Source: Allosphingosinicella sp. (GTDB taxonomy: Bacteria > Pseudomonadota > Alphaproteobacteria > Sphingomonadales > Sphingomonadaceae). From it: a stretch of 64,000 nt of DNA. The notes under the pieces were generated by a model. That model did no database searches, was not told where the DNA came from, and worked only from the letters and a program-made list of their open reading frames with translations. The position numbers and the translations under genes are program-made. Where the stretch lies: NCBI RefSeq assembly GCF_046293155.1, contig NZ_JBKBPQ010000014.1; one strand, written 5' to 3'. Below, piece after piece: positions 53,097-62,562 of this stretch (position 1 is the stretch's first letter; each line of letters opens with the position of its first letter).

Positions 53097-55204
53097 TTGT
53101 GCCGCCTGTAGGAGCGCAGAAACTGGGCGTTGATGGCAACGATGACGGTGCTAGCGGACATGAAGACCGCGGCCACGGCGGGCGTCATCATGAAACCGGT
53201 GCCGAAGGTGATGCCGGCCGCCATCGGAATGGCGACGGTGTTGTAGCCCGTCGCCCAGATCAGGTTCTGCACCATCTTGCGATAGGTGGCACGAGAGAGT
53301 CCGAGGATCGCACCCACATCACGCGGGTCGCTTCGGACCAGCACGACGTCGGCGGATTCCACCGCGACGTCGGTGCCCGCACCGATGGCGATTCCGAGAT
53401 CGGCCACCACCAGTGCAGGCGCGTCGTTGACCCCGTCACCGACCATGGCAACGGAGAGCCCCCGCGCTTGCAGTTCCTCGATCTTCTGCGATTTCTGATC
53501 CGGCAACACCTCAGCGAAATACTCGGTGATGCCAAGTTCTTCCGATACCGCCTTCGCGACGCCCTCGGCATCGCCGGTGAGCATTATGGAGCTGATCCCG
53601 AGCGACTTGAGTTCGGCGACGGCCTCCTTGGATTCAGGGCGGACAATATCCGCCAATGCGAAGAGGGCGCGCGGCGTGCCGTCCCGGACGAGAACGACTA
53701 CCGTCTTGCCCTGGGCTTCCAGCCGTTTGAGGCTGTCATGAACGATTGCATTGCCCTGCCGCGAGAGATGGCCGGGGCTGACGATGCGCACGTCCTGCCC
53801 ATCTACCTTGGCGACGATGCCTTCGCCGGTGATGTTGCTGACGTCACTGGCCTTGGGGATGCTCAGGTCGCGGTCCCTCGCCTCGGCGACGATTCCATGG
53901 GCGATGGGGTGCTCGGACTGGCTCTCGGCGGCGGCCGCGTAGGCCAGCTCCTCGTTTTGGTCGCCATCGCCGAGCAGCACGATGTCGCTCACACCGAAGC
54001 GGCCCTCGGTGAGCGTGCCCGTCTTGTCGAAGACGGCGGCGTTGAGATTGCGCGCCCGCTCGAACGCGGCGCGGTCGCGGATCAAGAGCCCGTTGCCCGC
54101 CGATAGCGATGTGCTCACCGCGACCACGAGTGGAACTGCAAGGCCGAGCGCGTGCGGGCAGGCGACGACCATCACCGTCACCATCCGTTCCATCGCGAAT
54201 ACGAGCGGAGCGTCCAGCACCAGCCACCAGACGAAGAGCGTTCCGAAACCGACTGTGAGCGCGATATAGGTCAGCCATGAAGCCGCGCGGTTGGCGAGGT
54301 CCTGGGTGCGGGAGCGGGTGGCTTGTGCCTTCTTCACCAGGTCGATCACTTGCGCCAGATAGGTGGCGTCCCCGGTTGCGGTCACTTCGATAGTCACAGC
54401 GTTGGCGCCGTTGATCGCGCCGCCGATTGCGGTTGCCCCGACAGTCTTGGAGACTGGCCGGGACTCGCCGGTCAGCATCGCCTCGTTGAAGCCGGATGAG
54501 CCTTCGATGATCTTGCCGTCCACGGGCACCTTTGCGCCCGGCCGGACCAGCACGCGGTCACCCGGCTTTAAGGCCGCGATCGCAACCTCGTGTGTCGTAC
54601 CGTCAGCGTCGATTTTTGTCGCACTGTCTGGGAGAAGCCGGACGAGTTCCTCCAGCGCCCGCGACGCCCCCATCACCGAACGCATCTCGATCCAGTGACC
54701 GAGCAGCATGATGGCGATCAGCGTCACCAGTTCCCAGTAGAATTCCTCGCCCGGGAAGCCGAAAGTAACCGCAGCAGAGAAGAAATAGGCGGCGGAGATC
54801 GCGAGCGCGATCAGGGTCATCATTCCGGGCTGCCCCTTGCGCAGCTCGGAGGTGAAGCCCGTCAGGAACGGCCATCCGCCATAGACGTAGGCGACGCTCG
54901 AGAGCACGAACAGGACGTACCGGTCCCCTGGAAAGGCCAGGGCCTCCGCGATGCCGAACCAGTGCTGGATCATCGGCGAGAGCAGGAGGACCGGAGGTGT
55001 CAGAATGAGGGTGACCCAAAAGCGGCGCCTAAAATCGCCCACCATGGCCGCATGATCATGACCGCCGTGCCCCGCATGTTCGGAATGTGTCGAGCCGCCA
55101 GCTGCAACAATCGCGCGCTGGGTCGTCGGGGCGTGACCATTCCCATCACCGTGCGCACGGTGATGATGATGTTGGGAATGAGTGGTTGGCTGGTCGGCTG
55201 TCAT
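53093..55204 (-). CDS. copB: Heavy-metal P1B-type ATPase, CopB-like (CPH motif, His-rich N-terminus)
   Basis: HSQHHHHRAHGDGNGH N-terminus, a TM CPH motif (VVACPHALGL), DKTGTLT and GDGVNDAP. Confidence 0.95.
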   Translation of the reverse strand: MTADQPTTHSQHHHHRAHGDGNGHAPTTQRAIVAAGGSTHSEHAGHGGHDHAAMVGDFRRRFWVTLILTPPVLLLSPMIQHWFGIAEALAFPGDRYVLFVLSSVAYVYGGWPFLTGFTSELRKGQPGMMTLIALAISAAYFFSAAVTFGFPGEEFYWELVTLIAIMLLGHWIEMRSVMGASRALEELVRLLPDSATKIDADGTTHEVAIAALKPGDRVLVRPGAKVPVDGKIIEGSSGFNEAMLTGESRPVSKTVGATAIGGAINGANAVTIEVTATGDATYLAQVIDLVKKAQATRSRTQDLANRAASWLTYIALTVGFGTLFVWWLVLDAPLVFAMERMVTVMVVACPHALGLAVPLVVAVSTSLSAGNGLLIRDRAAFERARNLNAAVFDKTGTLTEGRFGVSDIVLLGDGDQNEELAYAAAAESQSEHPIAHGIVAEARDRDLSIPKASDVSNITGEGIVAKVDGQDVRIVSPGHLSRQGNAIVHDSLKRLEAQGKTVVVLVRDGTPRALFALADIVRPESKEAVAELKSLGISSIMLTGDAEGVAKAVSEELGITEYFAEVLPDQKSQKIEELQARGLSVAMVGDGVNDAPALVVADLGIAIGAGTDVAVESADVVLVRSDPRDVGAILGLSRATYRKMVQNLIWATGYNTVAIPMAAGITFGTGFMMTPAVAAVFMSASTVIVAINAQFLRSYRRHK

Positions 55205-55327
55205 TCTACCTGGTCCTGCAGTGGGCGTTGGTCGGAACCGCTCGCTAATCAGCGGAAGCCATGGACTTCTGTTGTCAGCATGGGCGCCCGCAGACGTTTA
55301 GCGCCTGCGGGCGAAGGCTTGGCAGAT

Positions 55328-55969
55328 TCAGTCTACTTGGCGCACCAGACCGGGATAGCGGTTGAAGGCGAGCTTCTGGACCAACGAACCGTCCACGGTC
55401 ACAATTTCTGCAGTGATGCTTCCGTCGCCAGCCGTATCCAACGCGCCGAGCCTCAGGCGTGGATTGCCAAGGCTGGTCAGCTGCTGCTCCAGGAGCGTCC
55501 TGACGCGGTCCTCTGTCATCTCTTCCGGTGAGCCAAGCGGCGTTCCGAGAAGGGTGCCCTGACTGCCCATCATGCCGGGCATGCCCATTCCTGCCTGACC
55601 AGCCATCATCATTCGCATCATCGGGCACATCATCATTCCGCCCATCATCGGCATTTGACTCTGGCCCATGCCACCTTCTGGCATCCCTCCGCCCTGCATT
55701 CCGCCCATCATGCCGGGCATGCCGCCCTGGCCCATCATCCGCTGCATCATTTGCATCATCTCGGGCGTCATCATGCCCATGCCGGGCATGCCGCCTTGCA
55801 TGTCAGCGGGAGGCGTGGCGTCTCCTGTGGGCGCAGCCGGAGCTGACTGGGTTTCCGCCGGATGGTGCGCGTCGTGGTCTTGGGAATCCGTTTGCGCTAG
55901 TGCGGCGGTTGCTGAGCCTATGAACAACAGGCCGCCGAATAGAACGGAAAGGGCTTTATTTGATTTCAT
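55328..55969 (-). CDS. Met/Gly-rich periplasmic protein (putative Cu(I) binder)
   Basis: Signal peptide MKSNKALSVLFGGLLFIGSATAALA, then about 100 aa of GMPGM/MGGM repeats and a globular C-terminal domain. AGGAG RBS. Confidence 0.7.
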   Translation of the reverse strand: MKSNKALSVLFGGLLFIGSATAALAQTDSQDHDAHHPAETQSAPAAPTGDATPPADMQGGMPGMGMMTPEMMQMMQRMMGQGGMPGMMGGMQGGGMPEGGMGQSQMPMMGGMMMCPMMRMMMAGQAGMGMPGMMGSQGTLLGTPLGSPEEMTEDRVRTLLEQQLTSLGNPRLRLGALDTAGDGSITAEIVTVDGSLVQKLAFNRYPGLVRQVD

Positions 55970-56013
55970 GGCTTGTACTCCTGGTTGTGATGAGAGGTTT
56001 GGAGGCTGCGCGG

Positions 56014-56670
56014 TTACGCTGCCTTGCGAGTTGACAGATTGCTCAACCGCGGCAGAAACGCAGGTACGCTTCTGGCATAGCGGCGGTATTGGTCCCCGAA
56101 TGCCTCCTCCACCTCGCGCTCCTCGCGCTTTGCGAGGCGCCAGTACATAACAAGCAGGACCGGCAGCATCAGGCCGGTGACTAGGGTCGGCCATTGCAGG
56201 AAAAAGCCGATCATGATCAACGCAAAGCCGGCGTACTGAGGATGGCGCAGACGCGCATATGGGCCTGTGGTCGCCAGTCTTCCCTCGCGCTGGGCTTCAT
56301 GCAGAACACGCCAGGCCGTGGCGATAAGGATGAAGCCACCGCCGATGAAGACGAAGCTGAGCAGGTGGAAAGGCGACCAATGGGGATCCATCGACCAGCC
56401 GAAGATCGCGGGCCATAAATGGCCGGCGTCGTGGGACATCGGATCCAGCGCCGGAAACCGGGTGCCGAGCCAGCCGGCGAGCAGATAGAGGGTCAGCGGA
56501 AAGCCGTACATCTCGACGAAGAGCGCCACGATGAAGGCCGAGAATGCGCCCAGCGTTCGCCAATCACGCGCCGTCTTCGGCTTGAAGAAGCTGAAGGCGA
56601 ACAGGATGAAAATGCCCGCATTGACCACCACCAGAAGCCACAGGCCGTAAGCGGGAAGATCACCGTTCAT
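56014..56670 (-). CDS. Isoprenylcysteine carboxyl methyltransferase (ICMT)-family membrane protein
   Basis: GPYARLRHPQYAGFALIMIGF motif. Multi-TM. Confidence 0.8.
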   Translation of the reverse strand: MNGDLPAYGLWLLVVVNAGIFILFAFSFFKPKTARDWRTLGAFSAFIVALFVEMYGFPLTLYLLAGWLGTRFPALDPMSHDAGHLWPAIFGWSMDPHWSPFHLLSFVFIGGGFILIATAWRVLHEAQREGRLATTGPYARLRHPQYAGFALIMIGFFLQWPTLVTGLMLPVLLVMYWRLAKREEREVEEAFGDQYRRYARSVPAFLPRLSNLSTRKAA

Positions 56671-56989
56671 GGCGTCCTCCGCCGTGTCCGCCATGCCCCC
56701 GATGCATGAAGAAGTGCATGCCGAGGCAGATGGCCAATGGGAGCAGAAGCGGCAGGGCGCCGAGGACGTGGGCGCGATGTTCGATCCAGAGGAATAGCCC
56801 ACCGACAGCTAGGAACACGCAGAGCGCAAACCCTGCTGGCGTGTTCAGAAACGGCCGTTTGCGACCCTCGTCCGAATTTGAGGTACCAGGTGAATATTCG
56901 TGCCGCGTCATGATTTTCTGCCCTCCAACCTGGTGCGCTTCATGAGCATCGAGTTGACGCCTATTTGTTTGTACAGTGCTGTCGTTCAT
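56660..56989 (-). CDS. DUF2933-like small membrane protein with His-rich C-terminus
   Basis: LAICLGMHFFMHRGHGGHGGG tail. The start is uncertain (56989 or 56911). Confidence 0.6.
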   Translation of the reverse strand: MNDSTVQTNRRQLDAHEAHQVGGQKIMTRHEYSPGTSNSDEGRKRPFLNTPAGFALCVFLAVGGLFLWIEHRAHVLGALPLLLPLAICLGMHFFMHRGHGGHGGGRHER

Positions 56990-57103
56990 GTCTGGCTCCT
57001 CAGCACCCTATCTTACTTCTGTTCTACTATAAGGACCCACGCAACAATGGCAGGACAGGTAATCATGACCGGTCTCCCTCGATTGGCTGACCCTGTGCCA
57101 TGC

Positions 57104-58234
57104 TCACTCTTGCGGTGGTCGATAGGTGATGCCGTTGGGTCCGCGGCCAACGGAAAAGTTTGTGACGACTTCCCCTGTTGCGGCATCGATGGCGGACACC
57201 GTCCCCTCGACGATGTTGGTGACGAATGCCCAGGCGCCGTCGCTGCTGACCACGACACCATGAGCGCCCATCCCTGTGCGGATGGTGTCGACGAGCATTC
57301 CGCTCGAAACATCGATCACCGACACGGTGTCGGCAGGCTCGGCGTCGGTGCCCTGGTTTGCGACATAGACAAATCGTCCGTCGGGCGTCGCGTAGACTTG
57401 GATGGGGTTCCGACCAACCTCGATCGTTCCGACCAGACTCCGCGAAGCGGTGTCAATCACGGCGACGCGGTTCTCATCGCGCAGCGAGACGTAAACCTTG
57501 GTCCCATCCGGCGTGAATCCCACCTGAACCGGCGTGGTGCCGACAGGGATACGCGCGAGTTCCGTGAACCCGTCTGCGTCGATGACGGAAACCGTCCCAT
57601 CCTGCACGTTGGCCACGTAGACCTCGCGCCCGTTCGGGCTCATCCGAAGCCCGTGCGGGTAACGGCCGGTGCCGATGGTCGCGATCAGCGTTCCTGCAGC
57701 AAGATCCACAACGCTGACCGTGTTGTCGCCGGCGTTCGTGACAAAGGCCCGCTCGCTTCGCGGGTCGGGGATGACATGCGCTGGATGGTCGCCAACAACA
57801 ATCTCTGTGGCCGGCTTGGCGCCTAGCCCGGTGGTATCGAGGATCAGCAAACGCCCCCTGGCGTCGTTTGCGCCATGCGCATTGCCGCCATGAGCGTGCC
57901 CATGCCCATCCGCGGCCGGTTCCCCAACCGCCAGAAGCCGTTTGCCGTCGGCCGTGATCTGCACATTGTGCGGTGAGATGGAGATTGGGACGGTTGAGAC
58001 GTGCCCACCGGCGAGATCGATGGCGCTGATGGAACTGCCGTGCTCGTCAGCGGTGTAGACGAAAGCGCCTTGCTGCCACGGCGAACTCTGCCCCTGAGCA
58101 GCGGCAACGCCCGAGAGCATCAAGGCTGCCGCGGCAAGCGCCAGTAATCCCAGCTGCTCAAATAGGCCATGATGCGCCGGAAGTGCTGGCGTTTTGTTTC
58201 GGAGGTATTTCGAAGCGAAGCTTTGCATTGCCAT
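57104..58234 (-). CDS. YVTN-family beta-propeller repeat protein, secreted
   Basis: Repeated ...V.V.N..D.TVSVID... units and a signal peptide. His-rich loop GHGHAHGGNAHG. Confidence 0.85.
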   Translation of the reverse strand: MAMQSFASKYLRNKTPALPAHHGLFEQLGLLALAAAALMLSGVAAAQGQSSPWQQGAFVYTADEHGSSISAIDLAGGHVSTVPISISPHNVQITADGKRLLAVGEPAADGHGHAHGGNAHGANDARGRLLILDTTGLGAKPATEIVVGDHPAHVIPDPRSERAFVTNAGDNTVSVVDLAAGTLIATIGTGRYPHGLRMSPNGREVYVANVQDGTVSVIDADGFTELARIPVGTTPVQVGFTPDGTKVYVSLRDENRVAVIDTASRSLVGTIEVGRNPIQVYATPDGRFVYVANQGTDAEPADTVSVIDVSSGMLVDTIRTGMGAHGVVVSSDGAWAFVTNIVEGTVSAIDAATGEVVTNFSVGRGPNGITYRPPQE

Positions 58235-58248
58235 GACTCCGATCTGGC

Positions 58249-59754
58249 TCAGGATTGATATTCCAGGGTGGTCATCATTCCGCCCGCCATGTGGTAGAGG
58301 TGGTGGCAGTGCAGCGCCCATTTGCCGGGGTTGTCGGCGTCGAAGGCGATGGTGACGCTTCCCCTCGTGGGCACGAGCACGGTGTCGCGAACTGCTCCGG
58401 CGATGCGTTCGCCATTGATCGCAACCACTTGGAAGTGATGCCCGTGCAGGTGCATCGGGTGGGCCATGGTGGTCTGGTCGTTGAAGGTGATCTCGACCCG
58501 CTCGCCGGCGCGCACGTCGAGCGCAGTGTGATCGCCGTGAGCAGCGCCGTTCAGCAGCCAGACGTACCCCGGCGCCTCGGTGATGGTGACGGTATGACGG
58601 CGGTCCGCCTCCCGCAGCGCCAAGGGCTGCGTGGCTATTAACTTGCGTTCGAGCGCCAACCCGACCGGTTGGACAGCCTCCGCGGCTTCGCCGGCAGTTC
58701 TTTCGACGGTGCCGCGTGATGTCGCCAGAACAAAGCCCGTGCGCGCCCGTTCGCCTTCCCGTACGGCAAAGACGGGCCACGCCCCTTCGCCCGCTGGTAG
58801 GTCGAGGAGAATGTCGAGACGTTGAGCGATTGCGAACTCAAAGCGCCGCCCGGTGACCGGAGCGACCGGCATGCCGTCAACAGCCACCAAGCGACCTTCG
58901 AGCCGACCCAGGTCCAGCCAGAAATTTGTTGCCGTGGCGCCGTTGATCAGACGCAGGCGGACCCGGCCGCCGCGTTCGACACGGAACACCTCCGGGTCGT
59001 CCAAGGTCCGGTCGTTGGCGAGGAAGGCGTCGTAGTCCACGTCGTGCAAGTGCGCCATGCCAGCGCCCATGGTGCCGTGGTCCATGCCGCCATGACCGGT
59101 GCCGTGATCCATGCCGCCCATAGGCATAACGGTTTCCATCATGCGCTGCAGGAGGCCGGGACTGTGCTGTGTCGCCCAATGTCCGGCGGTGCTGTCGCCG
59201 CCGCCCTTGAGCCCGGTAAGAATCTCGTCGGGGTCCCGGAACGTGAAATCGTGGAACAGAACCACGATGTCCTGCGTGTCCTCACCGGCTTCGGCGGGGT
59301 CGCGCACGATCAGCGGCGCCGCCATCAGGCGCTGCTCCTGAAGGCCATGGTGGGAGTGCATCCAGTTGGTGCCGGGCCGGTCGAGCGGGAAGTCGTAGTC
59401 GTAGGCTGCTCCGGGCGCGAGCGGCGGCTGCGACAGGAGAGGCACGCCATCCTGCTGCCAGGACGGGGTAAGTCCATGCCAATGGATGAGCGTTTCTTCG
59501 TCGAGACGGTTCTCAAGCCGAACCCGGAACCGCTGACCGGCTTCCGCAACGAGGCCATGGGTGCCATTGGGCTGGGTAAGGCTGAAGACGGTGGCTGCGC
59601 GCCCCTTCACCTCGATCACTCGGGTATCGACCTGAATGGTAGTAATGGCGGCGGCTCGGGCGGGACGGGTTGGGATCAGCAGCGACGGAACGGCACCAAG
59701 CGCACCGATGGCGGCGGTGGACGCCAGAAACTGGCGACGAGACATTGAATGCAT
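58249..59754 (-). CDS. Multicopper oxidase (CopA/PcoA-like), Tat-exported
   Basis: SRRQFL twin-arginine signal. HWHG, HSHH and HCHHLYHMAGGMM copper-ligand motifs. Confidence 0.95.
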   Translation of the reverse strand: MHSMSRRQFLASTAAIGALGAVPSLLIPTRPARAAAITTIQVDTRVIEVKGRAATVFSLTQPNGTHGLVAEAGQRFRVRLENRLDEETLIHWHGLTPSWQQDGVPLLSQPPLAPGAAYDYDFPLDRPGTNWMHSHHGLQEQRLMAAPLIVRDPAEAGEDTQDIVVLFHDFTFRDPDEILTGLKGGGDSTAGHWATQHSPGLLQRMMETVMPMGGMDHGTGHGGMDHGTMGAGMAHLHDVDYDAFLANDRTLDDPEVFRVERGGRVRLRLINGATATNFWLDLGRLEGRLVAVDGMPVAPVTGRRFEFAIAQRLDILLDLPAGEGAWPVFAVREGERARTGFVLATSRGTVERTAGEAAEAVQPVGLALERKLIATQPLALREADRRHTVTITEAPGYVWLLNGAAHGDHTALDVRAGERVEITFNDQTTMAHPMHLHGHHFQVVAINGERIAGAVRDTVLVPTRGSVTIAFDADNPGKWALHCHHLYHMAGGMMTTLEYQS

Positions 59755-59841
59755 GTGGACTGCTCGCTTCGGAACGTGACGGACGAATTGGGCCGATCGG
59801 CCCCTACCGTTAACCCGACGTGCCGGACGAGGCCGTCGGGC

Positions 59842-60246
59842 TCAGGCGTTCAGAGAGAGCTTTGGAGGGCGGAATTGGGTTGTTGGCGCGCGGCTAAGAT
59901 GAACGTCTTCGGACTGAGTTGCCGACGATTGCGTATCCAGCGGCGTAATCAAGGCCAACGCTGGCAACAGCGGGACGCAGAAGCAACATCCCCCGGCCAT
60001 GCTGCAGGCGGTACTGTGGGCCTGGCTATCATGTTCGGGACAGCAGGGTTCATTATCGGCATCCGGGCTTACAGAGGCAATTTCATGCGAAAGCGATGGT
60101 GCGGATGCGGCGTGTTCCCCCATCTGGACATGAGCGAGGCCTGAGGTCGAGAATGCAAGAACCAGCAGCAGCACGAGACAACGCCAAAGGCCCGACGTCC
60201 GGAGACTCGGAGCCTTTCCGCGTTGCCGTGCCTCAAACTGCTGCAC
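59842..60246 (-). CDS. Small Cys-rich secreted/membrane protein (possibly DUF2946-like)
   Basis: GTG start, hydrophobic N-terminus, CC...C...CCFC cysteines, upstream of the oxidase. The family assignment is a weak recollection. Confidence 0.35.
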   Translation of the reverse strand: MQQFEARQRGKAPSLRTSGLWRCLVLLLVLAFSTSGLAHVQMGEHAASAPSLSHEIASVSPDADNEPCCPEHDSQAHSTACSMAGGCCFCVPLLPALALITPLDTQSSATQSEDVHLSRAPTTQFRPPKLSLNA

Positions 60247-60406
60247 CCGAAACCCTTTTCAGTTGCTCGACACCCGAAACAATTTTTCTTCTAGCAAATC
60301 GATCCCGGGTCCGCCTTGACCTGAATCAATGCAGCTTCCGTCCGTCGAACAAGGATTCGATATTCCTACGAGGCACAAGAATCGAGCAGATTGTGGTGCT
60401 TCAGCT

Positions 60407-61291
60407 ATGACGGTTGGCACCGCCCTGCGCCTCCTGGCAGTCATGATGCTGTGGGCCTCCTGCTTTCCCCTTATCACCATCGGTCTCGATCTAGCGCCCC
60501 ATATCGCCTTCGCGGCTTTGCGCGCCGCGGTTGCCGGCCTATGCCTGATCGTACTCGGGGCGCTCTGCGGTCGTCCAGTGCCCGACGGTGGTTGCGCCTG
60601 GATCCTGATCGTAGTGGTCGGGCTCGGGGCGACAAGCATGGGCTTCCTCGGTATGTTCCACGCGGCCGAGTTCATTGCGCCGGGGCTGGCGACGGTTATC
60701 GCTAACGTGCAACCGATCATCGCGGCGCTTCTCGCAGGCGTCTTCCTGGGCGAACGTCTCGATGCCATTGGAAAGATCGGGCTGGTGGTGGGATTGGCCG
60801 GCATCGCGGTGATCGCCTGGCCCGGCCCCGCCGCAGACTATGTTGAGGGTTACTCCCTCGGAATCGCCTACGTCGTACTTGCCGCTATAGGTGTCGCCGT
60901 AGGCAATATCGCCATGAAGCGTCTCACCGGCCAGGCCGACCCGATCATGGCGATGGGGTTTCAATTGCTCATCGGGGCGGCACCTTTGGCGCTCCTGTCG
61001 GTGCAGTCAGAAGATGTAACGTTGCTGAAATGGTCGACGGAGTTCGTCCTCATCCTCGCGGCTCTCTCGATCCTCGGATCATCGCTTGCGTTCTGGCTCT
61101 GGTTCGAGGCGCTGGAGCGCGTCGATCTCAACCGGGCGAATGCCTTTACGTTTCTGGTGCCGATTTTTGGGCTGATGATCGGCGCGGCCTTTTTTGGTGA
61201 GCGTCTCGAAACGGTCCAGGTTGGAGGTGCCGTCCTGGTGTTGACCGGGATTTTGTTGGTACAGCGAGGCGCCGGTTCAAGCGTCCGCTAG
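60407..61291 (+). CDS. DMT (EamA) family transporter
   Basis: Ten hydrophobic helices in two EamA-like halves. ATG at 60407. Confidence 0.85.
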   Translation: MTVGTALRLLAVMMLWASCFPLITIGLDLAPHIAFAALRAAVAGLCLIVLGALCGRPVPDGGCAWILIVVVGLGATSMGFLGMFHAAEFIAPGLATVIANVQPIIAALLAGVFLGERLDAIGKIGLVVGLAGIAVIAWPGPAADYVEGYSLGIAYVVLAAIGVAVGNIAMKRLTGQADPIMAMGFQLLIGAAPLALLSVQSEDVTLLKWSTEFVLILAALSILGSSLAFWLWFEALERVDLNRANAFTFLVPIFGLMIGAAFFGERLETVQVGGAVLVLTGILLVQRGAGSSVR

Positions 61292-61475
61292 GTACCGTGC
61301 ATGCTCACCAAGAGGGCGTTCTGGGCCAAGAGCCGTCTGAGGATGTGGATCGCACTTGCTTGTACGGGGCCAGCAACCGACCCACTTTCGTGAGATACTT
61401 CCCCGGCTTCTGGCGACAGCGGGCGCAGAAGCCATAGCCAGCATAGCGCCGCGCTAGCGGCGTCAGGAGAAGCAG

Positions 61476-62528
61476 ATGAGCCACGCGAAAATTCGGGTTG
61501 CGGTCAACGGCTATGGCGTGATCGGAAAGCGCGTCGCCGACGCCGTGATCCGGCAGGACGATATGGAACTTGCCGGGGTGGCAGACATCAGTCTCGACTG
61601 GCGACCGCGCATGGCGACGCACAAGGGCTTCCGCCTTTATGCGGCCACCGACGAACATGCGGCGGCGATGCGGAAATCAGGTCTCGACGTGGCGGGAAAC
61701 CTTGATGATCTGCTCGGGGCGAGTGATCTGGTGGTTGACTGCACCCCGAAGCGGATCGCGGCGGTGAACGTCGACGTCTATCGCCAAAGGGGCATCAAGT
61801 TCATCCTCCAAGGCGGCGAGAAGCACGAGGTAACCGGACACTCCTTCGTCGCCGAGGCGAGCTATTCCAGTGCGCTGAACCGGGAGAGCACGCGCGTCGT
61901 CTCCTGTAACACCACATCGATCGTCAGAACCCTTAGGGTGTTGAAGCAAGCCGGCCTACTACATCGTGCGCGAGGGACGCTCCTGCGGCGGGCGACGGAT
62001 CCGTGGGAAAGTCACCTAGGCGGGATTATAAATACCCTCGTCCCTGAGCCCGAGATTCCAAGCCATCAGGGGCCGGATGCGCAGAGCGTCGACCCCGACC
62101 TCGATGTCATCACCATGGCGGTCAAGGTGCCGGAGACCTTGGCGCATCTGCATTATTGGTCGGTGCAGTTGACCCGGCCGGCGGCCAAGGAGGAGGTGCT
62201 CGATGCCTTTGCCGCATCGTCCCGCATCGCCCTGATCCGCATGGATGCCGGGTTGACGGCCCTCAACACTGTCAAGGAACTCATGGCCGACCTTGGCCGG
62301 CCGCATGACAATCTATACGAAGTGGCGCTGTGGTCGGACATGCTGAAAGTCGAGGGGGACGAATTATTCTACGCGTACATGGTCGATAATCAGGCGATTG
62401 TCATCCCGGAGACGATCGACGCGATCCGGGCATTAACTGGAACCATTAGCAGCGCCGAAGAATCCATTGCCAAAACTGATGTAGCGCTGGGGATAGGTCT
62501 GCTGGCCGAAACGCTCGGGCAACGATGA
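61476..62528 (+). CDS. gap: Archaeal-type (class II) glyceraldehyde-3-phosphate dehydrogenase
   Basis: KIRVAVNGYGVIGKRVADAV Rossmann N-terminus. The active site VVSCNTTS is the class II signature, versus SCTTN in bacterial class I. Confidence 0.85.
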   Translation: MSHAKIRVAVNGYGVIGKRVADAVIRQDDMELAGVADISLDWRPRMATHKGFRLYAATDEHAAAMRKSGLDVAGNLDDLLGASDLVVDCTPKRIAAVNVDVYRQRGIKFILQGGEKHEVTGHSFVAEASYSSALNRESTRVVSCNTTSIVRTLRVLKQAGLLHRARGTLLRRATDPWESHLGGIINTLVPEPEIPSHQGPDAQSVDPDLDVITMAVKVPETLAHLHYWSVQLTRPAAKEEVLDAFAASSRIALIRMDAGLTALNTVKELMADLGRPHDNLYEVALWSDMLKVEGDELFYAYMVDNQAIVIPETIDAIRALTGTISSAEESIAKTDVALGIGLLAETLGQR

Positions 62529-62562
62529 TGGAAGGCTGTTCGACCTGGATGCAGCACTGGTT

